A stretch of DNA of 64,000 nucleotides from Candidatus Bathyarchaeia archaeon (GCA_050108095.1 JBNIDO010000004.1:6469-70468); one strand, 5' to 3'. Shown: positions 36,500 to 46,809, counted from the stretch's first letter. Made by a program: numbers and translations. Notes: generated from the sequence alone by a model not told the origin.

Positions 36500-38968
36500 A
36501 TGATTTGCATGCAGCCTATGCCAAAAGACTACAACTTTGCAGAAATCGAAGCTAAGTGGCAAGCGAAATGGGAAGAAATGGGCATCTACCACTACGACTG
36601 GAACGACCGCACCCGCGAGCCTTTTAGCATTGATACGCCCCCGCCCTACCCCTCAGGCGAACTCCACATGGGCAACGTCTTGAACTGGACATACTTTGAC
36701 ATGGTTGCCCGGTTCAAACGCATGCAAGGTTACAATGTGCTGTTTCCACAGGGCTGGGACTGCCACGGCTTGGGTATTGAAATCCAAGTGGAGAAAGCTA
36801 ATAACATCCGCAAACGCGATTTGCCCCCTGATCAATTCCGCGGCATGTGCATGGCGCTGGTCGAGAAGTACATTGCCATGATGAAAGAGGGCATCCTCAA
36901 ACTCGGCGCATCCATCGACTGGACTACTGAGTATAAGACAATGAACCCAGATTACTGGCGTAGAACACAGCTTAGCTTTATTTTGCTCTACCAGAAAGGC
37001 TACATGTACCAAGGCACTCACCCCGTTAACTGGTGCCCACGAGACGAAACCGCCATCGCCGACGCCGAAGTCGACCATATCAAAAAAGAAGGCACCCTAC
37101 ACTACATCAAATTCTACTTAGCAGGCAGCCAAGAATACCTCTTAATCGCCACTTCACGCCCCGAATTCATCCCCGCCTGCGTCGCCGTCGAAGTCAACCC
37201 ATGCGACGAGCGCTACAGCAAATACATCGGCAGAAAAATCAACGTACCGCTGATGAACCGCGAAGTCACCATAATCGCTGACGAAGCGGTTGACCCCAAA
37301 TTCGGCACTGGAGCAATGCAAATCTGCACCTACGGCGACAAAGAAGACGTGAAAACAGTCATAAAACACAAGCTTCCAGTCATCCGCCTCATCACCCAAA
37401 ACGGGCAAATTAGCGAAGCAGGTTGCAAATACGCCGGTTTATACGTTAACAAAGCCAGAGCAGCAATTGTTGAGGACCTTCAAGCCGCCGGGTTGCTGGA
37501 GAAGAGCGAGAAAATCCAGCAGGAAGTCGGCGTCTGCGACCGCTGCAAAACGCTGGTTGAAATCCTCGAAGTCAAGCAGTGGTTCATGAAAACCATGGAG
37601 TTAACCGATGCCGTCGAGAAAAACGCAAACGCCATCCCGTGGTACCCCGATTACATGCGTAACCGCCTAATCGACTGGGCTAAGGCGCTGGATTGGGACT
37701 GGGTGATTAGCCGCCAAAGATTATTTGCCACGCCGATTCCTGTGTGGTACTGCAGGGGTTGCGGCGAAGTCATCGTTGCCAAACCCGAGTGGGTGCCCAT
37801 CGACCCCAAACTCGAAGCTCCACGGATTGAAGCGTGCCCGAAATGTGGCGGCAAAGACTTCCAGCCTGAACAGGACGTCATGGACACTTGGATGGATAGC
37901 TCCATCACCTGTGCCGTGCACGCTGGCTGGCCTGACCGCGAAGACTGGCGTCACCTTTTCCCTGCAAGCGTTCACACCAGCGGGACAGATATCATCCGAA
38001 CTTGGGCCTATTACCTCATGGTCCGCCACCTCGCCCTCTTCGACGAGCGCCCCTTCAACAGCGTCTTAATCAACGGCATGGTGCTGGGCGCAGACGGCAG
38101 AAAAATGAGCAAGTCACTGAAAAACTACGCCGCCGCCCCCGAAACCCTAAACAAATACGGCGCCGACGCAGTGCGTCAGTGGGCTGCAGGTGGAGGAGCA
38201 ACGGGTTCAGATATTCCCTACCGCGTGCAGGATGTCGAATACGGCAAGCGATTCTTGGTTAAATTGTGGAATGCTTCGGGTTTTGCCAGCAACTTGTTGG
38301 CAAACTATGATCCCAAAGACCCAACCGAACCCGATTATCAGCTCCTTGACAAATGGATCCTGAGTAAAACCGAGGGCATCACCAAAAAAGTCACTGAGTC
38401 CCTTGAGAAATGCCTGTTTAACCTAGCCATCGAAGATATCCGCAACTTCACCTGGCACGTCATCTGCGACTACTACCTCGAAGCCATAAAAGACCGCCTC
38501 TACCGCCCCGAAGCCTACGGCAAAGCCAACACCGCCGCCGCACAGAAAACGCTCTACGAAGTCCTCTACCGTATGCTCCAGCTTTTAGCGCCGGTGGTGC
38601 CGCACATGACTGAGGAGCTTTACCAGTACATGTACAAAGACGGCAAAGGCTACCCGAGCATACAGGTTTCAGAGTGGCCCAAATATAACCCTGCACTGGT
38701 GGATGAGGCGGCAGAGAAAGACGGCGACTTGGTTACGGCTGTGATGAGTGAAATTCGCCGTGACAAAGCCGAAAACAAAAAACCCCTAAACGCCCCCATC
38801 AAAAACCTCACAGTGACCTGCAAAGAGGAATCATCCGCAACTGCAATTCGCCAGGCAGAAGCCGACATCAAAGCCACACTCAAAATTGAGGCTATGACCA
38901 TTCAGGTCGGCGCAGGTGAGGGTAGGCAAGTAGCTCAATACGACGCCTACATAAAACCCGAGTACTGA
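36500..38968 (+). CDS. valS: Valine--tRNA ligase (start may be ATG 36509 or 36518)
   Basis: IDTPPPYPSGELHMG, DWVISRQR, DTWMDSS, KMSKS. Confidence 0.97.
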   Translation: MICMQPMPKDYNFAEIEAKWQAKWEEMGIYHYDWNDRTREPFSIDTPPPYPSGELHMGNVLNWTYFDMVARFKRMQGYNVLFPQGWDCHGLGIEIQVEKANNIRKRDLPPDQFRGMCMALVEKYIAMMKEGILKLGASIDWTTEYKTMNPDYWRRTQLSFILLYQKGYMYQGTHPVNWCPRDETAIADAEVDHIKKEGTLHYIKFYLAGSQEYLLIATSRPEFIPACVAVEVNPCDERYSKYIGRKINVPLMNREVTIIADEAVDPKFGTGAMQICTYGDKEDVKTVIKHKLPVIRLITQNGQISEAGCKYAGLYVNKARAAIVEDLQAAGLLEKSEKIQQEVGVCDRCKTLVEILEVKQWFMKTMELTDAVEKNANAIPWYPDYMRNRLIDWAKALDWDWVISRQRLFATPIPVWYCRGCGEVIVAKPEWVPIDPKLEAPRIEACPKCGGKDFQPEQDVMDTWMDSSITCAVHAGWPDREDWRHLFPASVHTSGTDIIRTWAYYLMVRHLALFDERPFNSVLINGMVLGADGRKMSKSLKNYAAAPETLNKYGADAVRQWAAGGGATGSDIPYRVQDVEYGKRFLVKLWNASGFASNLLANYDPKDPTEPDYQLLDKWILSKTEGITKKVTESLEKCLFNLAIEDIRNFTWHVICDYYLEAIKDRLYRPEAYGKANTAAAQKTLYEVLYRMLQLLAPVVPHMTEELYQYMYKDGKGYPSIQVSEWPKYNPALVDEAAEKDGDLVTAVMSEIRRDKAENKKPLNAPIKNLTVTCKEESSATAIRQAEADIKATLKIEAMTIQVGAGEGRQVAQYDAYIKPEY

Positions 38969-38978
38969 GGCGAACGCC

Positions 38979-39716
38979 ATGGCGAAGAAGGTTGGTTTAA
39001 TCGGTTGTGGCGCAATCGGCACCGTACTTGCAGAAGCCATCGAACGCAAACTTGTCGTTTGCGACGAACTGATAGTCTACGACACAAATGTTGCTCAAGC
39101 AATCAAGCTCAAGAACAGACTCAAATTTCCAGTTAAAATCGTCGCCACCGTAGATGAGCTACTAGAGGCTAAGCCAAAAGTCGTCGTTGAAGCAGCAGGG
39201 CAAGGCGCAGTCCACCAGTACTACGACAGGCTCGTTGCATCCGAAGCTGAGCTGATTTTCATGAGCACAGGCGCGCTACTGGACCATGACACCAAAAACC
39301 CCCGTGTGCACTTCCCTGCGGGCGCAATCGGCGGGCTTGACGCCATCGCCGCAGTAGTCAACGCAGGCATCACCGAAGTCACGTTGACGAGCCGCAAAAA
39401 CCCCAAAGCACTCAGCAAGCAACTCAAAGAGGAAACCGTAACCTTCGAAGGAGACGCTGAAGAAGCCGCAAGGCAGTTCCCACGTGAAATGAACGTTGCC
39501 GCCACCCTCGCGTTAACGGTTAAACCCGCCAAAGTGCATGTGAAAGTCGTTGCAGACCCCAAAGTCACAAGAAACACCCACCAAATCCACGTCAAATGGC
39601 ACTACGGCGAAATGAAACTTGAGTTTGCTAACGCCCCCCCCCCTGCCAACCCCCACACCAGCGCATTAGCGGCTTGGGCAGCCATAAGATTGCTCCAATC
39701 GCTGCTGAAAAAATAA
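38979..39716 (+). CDS. nadX: L-aspartate dehydrogenase
   Basis: GLIGCGAIG, VVEAAG, GAIGGLD, FEGDAEEAARQFPREMNVAA, NPHTSALAA. Confidence 0.88.
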   Translation: MAKKVGLIGCGAIGTVLAEAIERKLVVCDELIVYDTNVAQAIKLKNRLKFPVKIVATVDELLEAKPKVVVEAAGQGAVHQYYDRLVASEAELIFMSTGALLDHDTKNPRVHFPAGAIGGLDAIAAVVNAGITEVTLTSRKNPKALSKQLKEETVTFEGDAEEAARQFPREMNVAATLALTVKPAKVHVKVVADPKVTRNTHQIHVKWHYGEMKLEFANAPPPANPHTSALAAWAAIRLLQSLLKK

Positions 39717-39740
39717 TAGTATGGTTCCAGAGGCAAAGGC

Positions 39741-39998
39741 TCAAACTAGTTTGTTGAATTCTTCGACTGAAAGATCAACTTCCTTAATGATTGTGCGCAA
39801 CATTCCTTTTCCCAGAGGCTTATGGGCGGGAACAACAACTAATGTCTGGTTTTTTCTGCAACCGAACATGGAAATGAACTTTTGGCTGTCAACCAGACGC
39901 ATGACTATGTGGCTACCTTTCTGACTACTCATCACATACCCAATGCTTGCAAGTGCTTTGACTACCCTGTCATAATCGATAACTTTTAGTTTAGACAC
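39741..39998 (-). CDS. hicA: HicA-family toxin
   Basis: QKGSHIVM..VVVPAHKPLGKGMLRTII. Confidence 0.85.
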   Translation of the reverse strand: MSKLKVIDYDRVVKALASIGYVMSSQKGSHIVMRLVDSQKFISMFGCRKNQTLVVVPAHKPLGKGMLRTIIKEVDLSVEEFNKLV

Positions 39999-40194
39999 TT
40001 ACTTGCACCGTTTCAACAGGCACAGGGTCACCATGAGCCTTCAAATCTTCCAGATACGCCTGTATCGCTTCCTTAACATTCTTCATGAGCTCCTGCTTTG
40101 TCTTTCCCTCGGTAGCACACCCGGGTAGATCAGGAACACGTGCAATAAGGACGCCGTCTTCATCCTTCTCGATGATTACTCTATACTCGACCAT
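39991..40194 (-). CDS. hicB: Short HicB-family antitoxin
   Basis: YRVIIEKDEDG..ARVPDLPGCATEGKT..NVKEAIQAYLE; overlaps hicA by 8 nt. Confidence 0.88.
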   Translation of the reverse strand: MVEYRVIIEKDEDGVLIARVPDLPGCATEGKTKQELMKNVKEAIQAYLEDLKAHGDPVPVETVQVSV

Positions 40195-40423
40195 AAGAAT
40201 GCATAGTAACTTTGAAAGCCTTAAGCTTTCTTATTTAAGAACAGAAAAGCCCGACCATCCCCACCCTGACAACCACACACCAGTGTGCTAGCAACTTGGC
40301 AGCAATACAACTCTATTAATGCTTCTTAAACAAAAATCTTCATTCCTTTTGACTATAAGAAGCATTTGAGCTTTTTACGGCACCTGATAATTAATTTAAA
40401 AAAATGAAAAGGGTTTGGTGGTT

Positions 40424-40756
40424 TTATCTGATTAGGCTGCTTGTTCTTCTGTGGGTTTCCTCGTTGTCGAAGGATTGGGTGTAGCCAGTGTGAAGTTTAG
40501 CTCGTATTTCTAGCTGCAGTCTGGTGATGTTTTTGGCGAATTGCCTCATCATGGCTAGCATTTTTTGGAAATTTAATTGTCTGGCTATCGTTAGTAAGGT
40601 GAATATGCCGATTAACGTGACGGCGTAGAGGGGGTTTATTAGTGCCAGGATTGCTCCAGCTACTCCTATTGAGGCTAAGTAAATTATGCCTCTCGTTTTT
40701 CGCATTTTTGTCACCAATATCTTTATGGAGCGGCTGCTTAAAGATTTTATGTTCAA
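40424..40756 (-). CDS. Hypothetical membrane protein
   Basis: Two TM helices plus basic helix; no motif. Confidence 0.5.
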   Translation of the reverse strand: MNIKSLSSRSIKILVTKMRKTRGIIYLASIGVAGAILALINPLYAVTLIGIFTLLTIARQLNFQKMLAMMRQFAKNITRLQLEIRAKLHTGYTQSFDNEETHRRTSSLIR

Positions 40757-41120
40757 AATGGTGCCTGTTAGTAATACAGGGCTTAATTACAGCTTTAAAA
40801 CAGACGAAGCATTTGAAGCGGTGGAAGATTCAATATAATCCCCCCTACACCAGCGCACTAGCAACATGGCAGCGATATGGCTACTCAGATACTTCTTAGT
40901 AGCTAAACCGTTGCTGAAAGCAACTTGTAAGTGCCTGCAGGATGGTCCTTAAATTGTTGTTTATTCACTAAAGCAACCACATACTCTTAAGAAAGAAAAA
41001 CAGCCACTATCCTTGGTGACAAGCTAAAACCTTTATGTAGTGAGTTTTAGCAAGCGACCTTTTGATTTCAAGTCCAAGTAGCAGAAAAACAGGTTTTGCC
41101 AGCTGCAGCAGGGATAGCCA

Positions 41121-41648
41121 ATGGAACAAAAAGAAGATATTAAAGAGCAGATAGAGGGCGAAGTTAGAGAGAGCTTGGAACGCAAACTTGTTTTGAGGCG
41201 TGAGGCGCCATTTATTGGGTTAGCGTCTTTTGCTGCTGCTCTTTGGGGCGCCAAACTGTACACATCCCTGTCGGCCGGGTCAGGCATAGTCTTCCAACTT
41301 TGGGGTTACAACATCCACTTTCACCATTTCAACTACGGCCTTATCTTCGTAATAGTGGGGTTGATGCTGACTTTTTTTGAAGGCCCATGGTTTCTAAGAG
41401 TGCAGCACTTGCTCTTCGGCGCGGGCATAGGGTTGATTGTCGATGAATACTGGCTGCTGTTAACGTTTGATGAACATGCATCCAACTATTTTAGCCCCGA
41501 ATCTCAGTTCATATCCCTAACAATTGGGGCGATTATTACGGTGGTTTACGCTGTGATAGCTGTTGGGGTGTTTTTCAAGAGTAAAAAGGAGAGGAAGCTT
41601 TGGCGCCAATTATATGAGGAAGTTAAAACGGGGAAAATAAACGGTTGA
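41121..41648 (+). CDS. Hypothetical membrane protein with HFHH motif
   Basis: 4 TM; IHFHHFNYG, GIGLIVDE. Confidence 0.75.
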   Translation: MEQKEDIKEQIEGEVRESLERKLVLRREAPFIGLASFAAALWGAKLYTSLSAGSGIVFQLWGYNIHFHHFNYGLIFVIVGLMLTFFEGPWFLRVQHLLFGAGIGLIVDEYWLLLTFDEHASNYFSPESQFISLTIGAIITVVYAVIAVGVFFKSKKERKLWRQLYEEVKTGKING

Positions 41649-41842
41649 TTCTGTTCTTATCTGCAGGGCTATTTGGGCATGTCTTTCTTTCGAACGAGTA
41701 TCAATATTATTAGGGGCATACTTCTCAATATTAGAAAAAATAAGCCGTCAACAAAGCCTAAACCAGCTTACACACTGCAAACAAGCGACCAACAACTTGC
41801 TTAGGTTTGCTAACCGACTTCGCAGTGAAAAGGGATAGCGGT

Positions 41843-42019
41843 TTAAGTGACTATTTCTGCGTCAGCGGCACCAGCAGCTAAGTAAGTTATCCTTACTTTC
41901 ACACGCTCGTTAAGTTTAGCGTTTTTTACAAAGACGGGGTAGTTTTTAATTTTTGCGACGCCTTCGCCGTTTGGGGCTACATCGAAAATAGTTACTTCAT
42001 ATTCTTCCCCAATACTCAT
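41843..42019 (-). CDS. Stand-alone TRAM domain protein (58 aa), below the ORF-track cutoff
   Basis: Manual translation MSIGEEYEVTIFDVAPNGEGVAKIKNYPVFVKNAKLNERVKVRITYLAAGAADAEIVT*. Confidence 0.8.
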   Translation of the reverse strand: MSIGEEYEVTIFDVAPNGEGVAKIKNYPVFVKNAKLNERVKVRITYLAAGAADAEIVT

Positions 42020-42149
42020 GGGGTAACTTCCGATTTTGCCTCGGTTCTTGGCGTTTCTTGGTGCTCGTTTTTTGGGACTAAAGATACATCATCCTCTTCA
42101 TAGTAGTGCTCTTCCAAACATAAGGGCTTTTTCGTTAGAGACGGCTGAA

Positions 42150-42398
42150 CTACCGGAACCCTCTGGTTTCGTAAACCACTACATAGTCTGTTCTAACATC
42201 CATGACTAAGTCATGCCCCTCAACTATTTTTCTTAAGCCACTTATATCTTCCCTAGAAAAAACTCCTCTAATATTTATGCTATATCCCCTAAATGATGGC
42301 TTAGCCTTCTGTGGTAACAACGTAAAGGTGGCTCCATCTAGGCCTGGGCACCTGTCCACAATTTCCCGTATTAAGATGGCGACTTCTGCTAATTGCAT
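42150..42398 (-). CDS. Small hypothetical protein
   Basis: Protein-like ORF; start moved to ATG 42398. Confidence 0.45.
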   Translation of the reverse strand: MQLAEVAILIREIVDRCPGLDGATFTLLPQKAKPSFRGYSINIRGVFSREDISGLRKIVEGHDLVMDVRTDYVVVYETRGFR

Positions 42399-42570
42399 AA
42401 AAGTAAATGAGTGCAAGATAATTAAAAAGTTGGCGCGCCGATTTTTGGTTAAAGTCCCTGTGTCTCTAGATGTCGGGGAATTTAGGAGCATAAATTGGGT
42501 CAAGACACAGTGAAGCCGTGGGAAGATTCAACATGCCACACCCACATAAAGAGACAAACGATTAAAGCCT

Positions 42571-43485
42571 TTACTCCAAGAACTGACTCAGGTATTGCGT
42601 GATTGCCTCGTAAGCTTGTGGTTCGTCGGGTCCATTTCGGTTGCCCTTTTCGTCTATGCCGATTAGTTGTTCGCCGTCGCTTTCAGACACAGGCTCATTG
42701 TACTTAATCCGAAACACGCATCGAACTACCGCTTCACCGTCCACCTCAAACGACAGCAGCGGATACCTCACACCCGGCAAAATCACGTCATATTCACCCT
42801 CAGACTTGCGTTCAACCAAGAAAACTTTGGCTTCCCCCAACGCGAGAAGGCTCCGCAGAAGCGAGCATCCATACGGAGGGAGAGTGGCTTGCTCTAATTT
42901 GCGGGCGCACTGTTTTGCCTCCACGATTTTGGCGGCGAACACGTCGCTGCTCCAGAGTTCAACGCCCAACCGCTTCGCCTCCAAAGCTACCCCATCCGTG
43001 AACTGCGTGGTGACGATGATGATTGGTCGGCTGCAGGTATGGACGCTCTGCGTTTGCTGGGAAACCACAAAGATCGCCTCCGACACCGCATGGCTTTGCG
43101 GGTATTTCCGCGCTAAAACAGCCACTTTTTCGCCGTTCAGTTCAGCTACGAAATCAACGCCCCAATCAACCGTGCATCGACTCTGGACTTCGAAGCCCAA
43201 CTCTTCAAGCACCCACTGTACAAAAACCCCAAACTCCTTTTGCGAGAGGCACTTAACGGCGTAGACGGCTGGTTCTGCGGCAACATCGGTTATTATGGAT
43301 TTTTTCTCCAAAATCCTCCACACACCAACCTGTTCATTCGCGGTTTGGCTGTGCTCCTTTCTTATCCTCGCCGCCAACACCTCCGCCTTATCCAACGGAA
43401 CCCCCAACCGCTCCCCCAAAAACACCGCTAAATCCCCGTCGGCTTGCTCGGCGCATTCTTTTAGGATGCCACAGTATTTTTTCAT
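42571..43485 (-). CDS. Mrr-like (PD-(D/E)XK) restriction endonuclease-domain protein with degenerate catalytic motif
   Basis: LSQKEFGVFV..LGFEV..DWGVDFVA..VAVLARKY..IIVTTQFT..GVELW. Confidence 0.7.
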   Translation of the reverse strand: MKKYCGILKECAEQADGDLAVFLGERLGVPLDKAEVLAARIRKEHSQTANEQVGVWRILEKKSIITDVAAEPAVYAVKCLSQKEFGVFVQWVLEELGFEVQSRCTVDWGVDFVAELNGEKVAVLARKYPQSHAVSEAIFVVSQQTQSVHTCSRPIIIVTTQFTDGVALEAKRLGVELWSSDVFAAKIVEAKQCARKLEQATLPPYGCSLLRSLLALGEAKVFLVERKSEGEYDVILPGVRYPLLSFEVDGEAVVRCVFRIKYNEPVSESDGEQLIGIDEKGNRNGPDEPQAYEAITQYLSQFLE

Positions 43486-43486
43486 T

Positions 43487-44836
43487 TTAGGGCTCCTTTT
43501 TGGCGTGTTTGGGGCAGAGTTTCTTTTGGAATTCGTTGGTGTAGGTGAGGTTTAGTTTGGAGAAGACTTTGCCGCAGACGTCGCAGAGGTCATAGTGGTG
43601 GATGCATACGCTTGTGTTGTCGTGGTTGCAGCGGAATTCGAGGAGGCGGCTGTGGCGTTTGCCGCAGACAGAGCAGACAAAGCCTTTGTCACGTTCAAAG
43701 TATTCTCCCAATGACTCGTCGAGGGTTAAAGGCGCCTTTTTCGAGTACAGTTTACCTGTGTCGACCGATTGTCGGGTGCAGTCACCGCATACGTAGAAAC
43801 CGTCCTCAGTGGCGAAGCCCTCCGCGATGTTTTTCTTGCATGTTTGGCACGTGACTTCTGGAGCGCCGATGCCTATGGTGGTGGCACACTGTATCACCGC
43901 TCCGTTATCAAGGGATACTTCGAACTTAACCTTCGCCGTGTTGATAACAAGCAGATTAAGCAGTTTCACATTGACGTTGGTCTGGTAAGTTTCCTCTTCC
44001 CTCTCCAAAAGCGCCTCGAAATCGGTTTGCCACTTCTGAAAGTCAAAATCATGCTTCTTCGAGATAACCCGTTCCCGCCGCTCTCGCCTTAGTCGTCGCT
44101 CAAAATTCCGCAGTCTCGCCCTCTTTTCTTCAACGAGCGGCAAATCAAACAGCCTCACCTTCTCTTTGATTAGAGCCCCCAGTTGCATGTCCGCTGAGGC
44201 TTTTAACGTGTCGTAGGCTTGTGGTTTTAGCTTAGACTTGAAATCCTGAACTCTTAACTCTTCATTACCCAGCACATCCCCCACCTCGAAGTCACGGTCG
44301 CCTAGACAGTTACCCTCTTCATCGAGCAGGATGCTGATGGTTTCTTCGCTTTTTGCTCTGAGCTTGTTCTGGAAGCTAACGGCGTAGTAGAACTGGAAGA
44401 ATCGGGCAGGCTCCTTTTTGGTGACTTTTGCGGAGACGATTTTGCCGTTGTTTATCTGGTGAAAACACGGCTCCGACCGGGTACAGACTCGGACGCCTTC
44501 CCGGGTCAATTGGGCTTTTTGGCAGTACATGCAGGCCTCGGAAGAATACCTGAAATACCCCTCTAATAGCGCCTCGAAGCTCTCTTTGGGGCTGAGGCTG
44601 ATTTGGCATAGCACGCCGTTTTCTAAGGATTCTTTGAGTATCTGCTGGAACGCTGGGCTGCCTGTGGTGATGAGTGGTATTTTCTTTTCTCTGGCGACGG
44701 CGGGTTGATAGGTAAATTGCTGTGTGCCATCTGGGTAGGCTACGGTGACAGTGTCATCTGTCCCCCCAGCGATTTTGCCTCCCCTACTCTGGATGTAGGC
44801 TTCAAAGAACCTGCGGATTTCACATTCGCTGCTCAA
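43487..44836 (-). CDS. YqhG-like multi-Zn-finger protein
   Basis: CMYC..C..C, CQTC..CGDC, CSVC..C..CIHH..CDVC..CPKH; overlaps the SNF2 gene by ATGA. Confidence 0.65.
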   Translation of the reverse strand: MSSECEIRRFFEAYIQSRGGKIAGGTDDTVTVAYPDGTQQFTYQPAVAREKKIPLITTGSPAFQQILKESLENGVLCQISLSPKESFEALLEGYFRYSSEACMYCQKAQLTREGVRVCTRSEPCFHQINNGKIVSAKVTKKEPARFFQFYYAVSFQNKLRAKSEETISILLDEEGNCLGDRDFEVGDVLGNEELRVQDFKSKLKPQAYDTLKASADMQLGALIKEKVRLFDLPLVEEKRARLRNFERRLRRERRERVISKKHDFDFQKWQTDFEALLEREEETYQTNVNVKLLNLLVINTAKVKFEVSLDNGAVIQCATTIGIGAPEVTCQTCKKNIAEGFATEDGFYVCGDCTRQSVDTGKLYSKKAPLTLDESLGEYFERDKGFVCSVCGKRHSRLLEFRCNHDNTSVCIHHYDLCDVCGKVFSKLNLTYTNEFQKKLCPKHAKKEP

Positions 44837-46809
44837 TCCAGTACCCCTTGAGTGAATTGTTCCGCTAACTCCTGATTCTCCCTCACAAAATTGAGGTCAC
44901 TCGCCAGTTTCTCCAGTTCACGCTGAATGTCGAGGCGACTGCGGCTTCTGAGCAGGATTTCGCCGATGGTTTTCTGGATGTCTTGTGAGCCCTCTTTGAG
45001 TTCTGAGAGTACTGTTTCCATTTTCCCCACGGTCATGGTGAACAAGTCGATTTTTTGGTAGAGAACATGGAGTACGTAGTCGTCGATGGTGTCTTTGACG
45101 GCTAAGTTGAAGATGGTTACGTCGCGGTCCTGTTTGTAGCGGTGGATGCGTCCTATGCGTTGCTCGATTTTCATGGGGTTCCAGTGCAGGTCGTAGTTGA
45201 ACATGACGCAACAATTCTGCAGGTTGAGGCCTTCCGCGGCGGCGTCGGTGGCGACAAGATACTTGGTTTCGCCGCTCTTGAAACTGGCGATAACATGGTC
45301 TCTTTCCGCCTGGTTCATGTCACCAACGTATACGGCGGCTTTGCCATATTCAGCGTCGAGAAGTTCCTTGATTTTGCGGGCAGTAATCTTGCGCAAACAA
45401 AAAATCACCGCCTGCTCCTTAGGTGCCTCGTTTAAGACGTTTCTTAGTAGCTCCATCTTTGCCCCTTTCACTTTGGACGCCATCTCAATCAGCTTATCAG
45501 TAGCTTCCTTTTCCATCGGAAACCGTTGCTGCCTCTTCCTCAACGATTCCACCGTTGCAAACGGCGAACTCGAAAATGACTGCTGCAATGTTATGGCTTG
45601 GAAAACCAAAATCGCGTTGCTCTGGGACGCAGTGAGTTTTCTGTTGGGGTTCTCGGCGACTAGGGTTTCGATGGTTTTGAAGTGGTTATTGCTTACTTTG
45701 CGTAGATACTCGGTTGCTTCCTCAATGAATTCCCGCTCGTACTGGTTGGGTTCGAGTGTTCTGGATTCGACACACCGCTTGGTAAACGGGATGCCTGTCT
45801 GTTCCCTCCGAGTGCGACACATCACATTACGTATGGTTTGCCTAAGATAGCTCGCTTCCTGCTCCTTTATCACGCGACTTCTAGCGTCCTCGGCGAACCG
45901 TTGGATAAACGCGCGTTCGCTGTCCAAACGCCCCGGCTCAATCAAATCCACGATGCTGTAGAGGTCTGTTAAGCGGTTACACAGCGGAGTCGCGGTAAGC
46001 AGAAGCATATGATTTTTTCTAAGACTTGACAGCGCTTGGCGACCTTTGCTGTGGGCGTTGCGGAAAGCATGCGCCTCATCCACCACAACCAAATCCCACG
46101 TCCGCTTCACAAACTTTTCATACTTCCTCACGAGCAGGTTATGGGAACAGATCAGTCTGTTGCCCGTTTTCAGATTAGCCCGTTCGCCTGGTACGTTGGC
46201 GATGGAGAATGCTTCGCCGAATTTCTCTGACATCTCGCCTTTCCACTGTGAAAGTAAACTCTTGGGCGCAACAATCAAAACTGAATTGACTTCTTCCCTG
46301 AGCAGCAGCTCCTTCATGATTAAGCCGGCTTCGATTGTTTTGCCCAAGCCCACTTCGTCGGCGAGGATGGCGTTGCCGTTCATTTCGTTGATAACTTGGA
46401 GCGCGGTGTGGAGTTGGAAGTTGTAGGGGATTAGTTTTGTTCGGATGGCGTCGGTTGCGATTAAGCGGTCGATTTTGTCGGTTTGCTTGATTTTTGCGGC
46501 TTCCAAGTTGAGGAGAAACTTTTCGAATGGGGTATAGTTGTTTTTTTGGATGTTGTTTCTTAGGTTATGTGGGTCAAGGTAGGAACATGTGTAATAGTGT
46601 TTTGCAGGTTCACCGCTTGGGTTTTCCTCGTCGTATTCGCAGGCGACTGAGGTTTCCTGTGGTTTAGCGGCTGGTTTATTTTTTTTGGTTTTTGTTTCTG
46701 GTTTAACTGAGTAGTCGACGATTATGGGTTCCGTAGTTTTCTTGCAGAGTGAACCGTCGACTTTTCTAGATAGGGGTTCGCCGCTTTTTTCGTTGAAGCT
46801 TCCAGACAA
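44833..46809 (-). CDS. SNF2-family helicase/ATPase (YqhH/RapA-like)
   Basis: ILADEVGLGKTIEAG, VVVDEAH, LLLTATP, EGLNLQ, NYDLHWNPMKIEQRIGRIHR. Confidence 0.93.
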   Translation of the reverse strand: MSGSFNEKSGEPLSRKVDGSLCKKTTEPIIVDYSVKPETKTKKNKPAAKPQETSVACEYDEENPSGEPAKHYYTCSYLDPHNLRNNIQKNNYTPFEKFLLNLEAAKIKQTDKIDRLIATDAIRTKLIPYNFQLHTALQVINEMNGNAILADEVGLGKTIEAGLIMKELLLREEVNSVLIVAPKSLLSQWKGEMSEKFGEAFSIANVPGERANLKTGNRLICSHNLLVRKYEKFVKRTWDLVVVDEAHAFRNAHSKGRQALSSLRKNHMLLLTATPLCNRLTDLYSIVDLIEPGRLDSERAFIQRFAEDARSRVIKEQEASYLRQTIRNVMCRTRREQTGIPFTKRCVESRTLEPNQYEREFIEEATEYLRKVSNNHFKTIETLVAENPNRKLTASQSNAILVFQAITLQQSFSSSPFATVESLRKRQQRFPMEKEATDKLIEMASKVKGAKMELLRNVLNEAPKEQAVIFCLRKITARKIKELLDAEYGKAAVYVGDMNQAERDHVIASFKSGETKYLVATDAAAEGLNLQNCCVMFNYDLHWNPMKIEQRIGRIHRYKQDRDVTIFNLAVKDTIDDYVLHVLYQKIDLFTMTVGKMETVLSELKEGSQDIQKTIGEILLRSRSRLDIQRELEKLASDLNFVRENQELAEQFTQGVLD

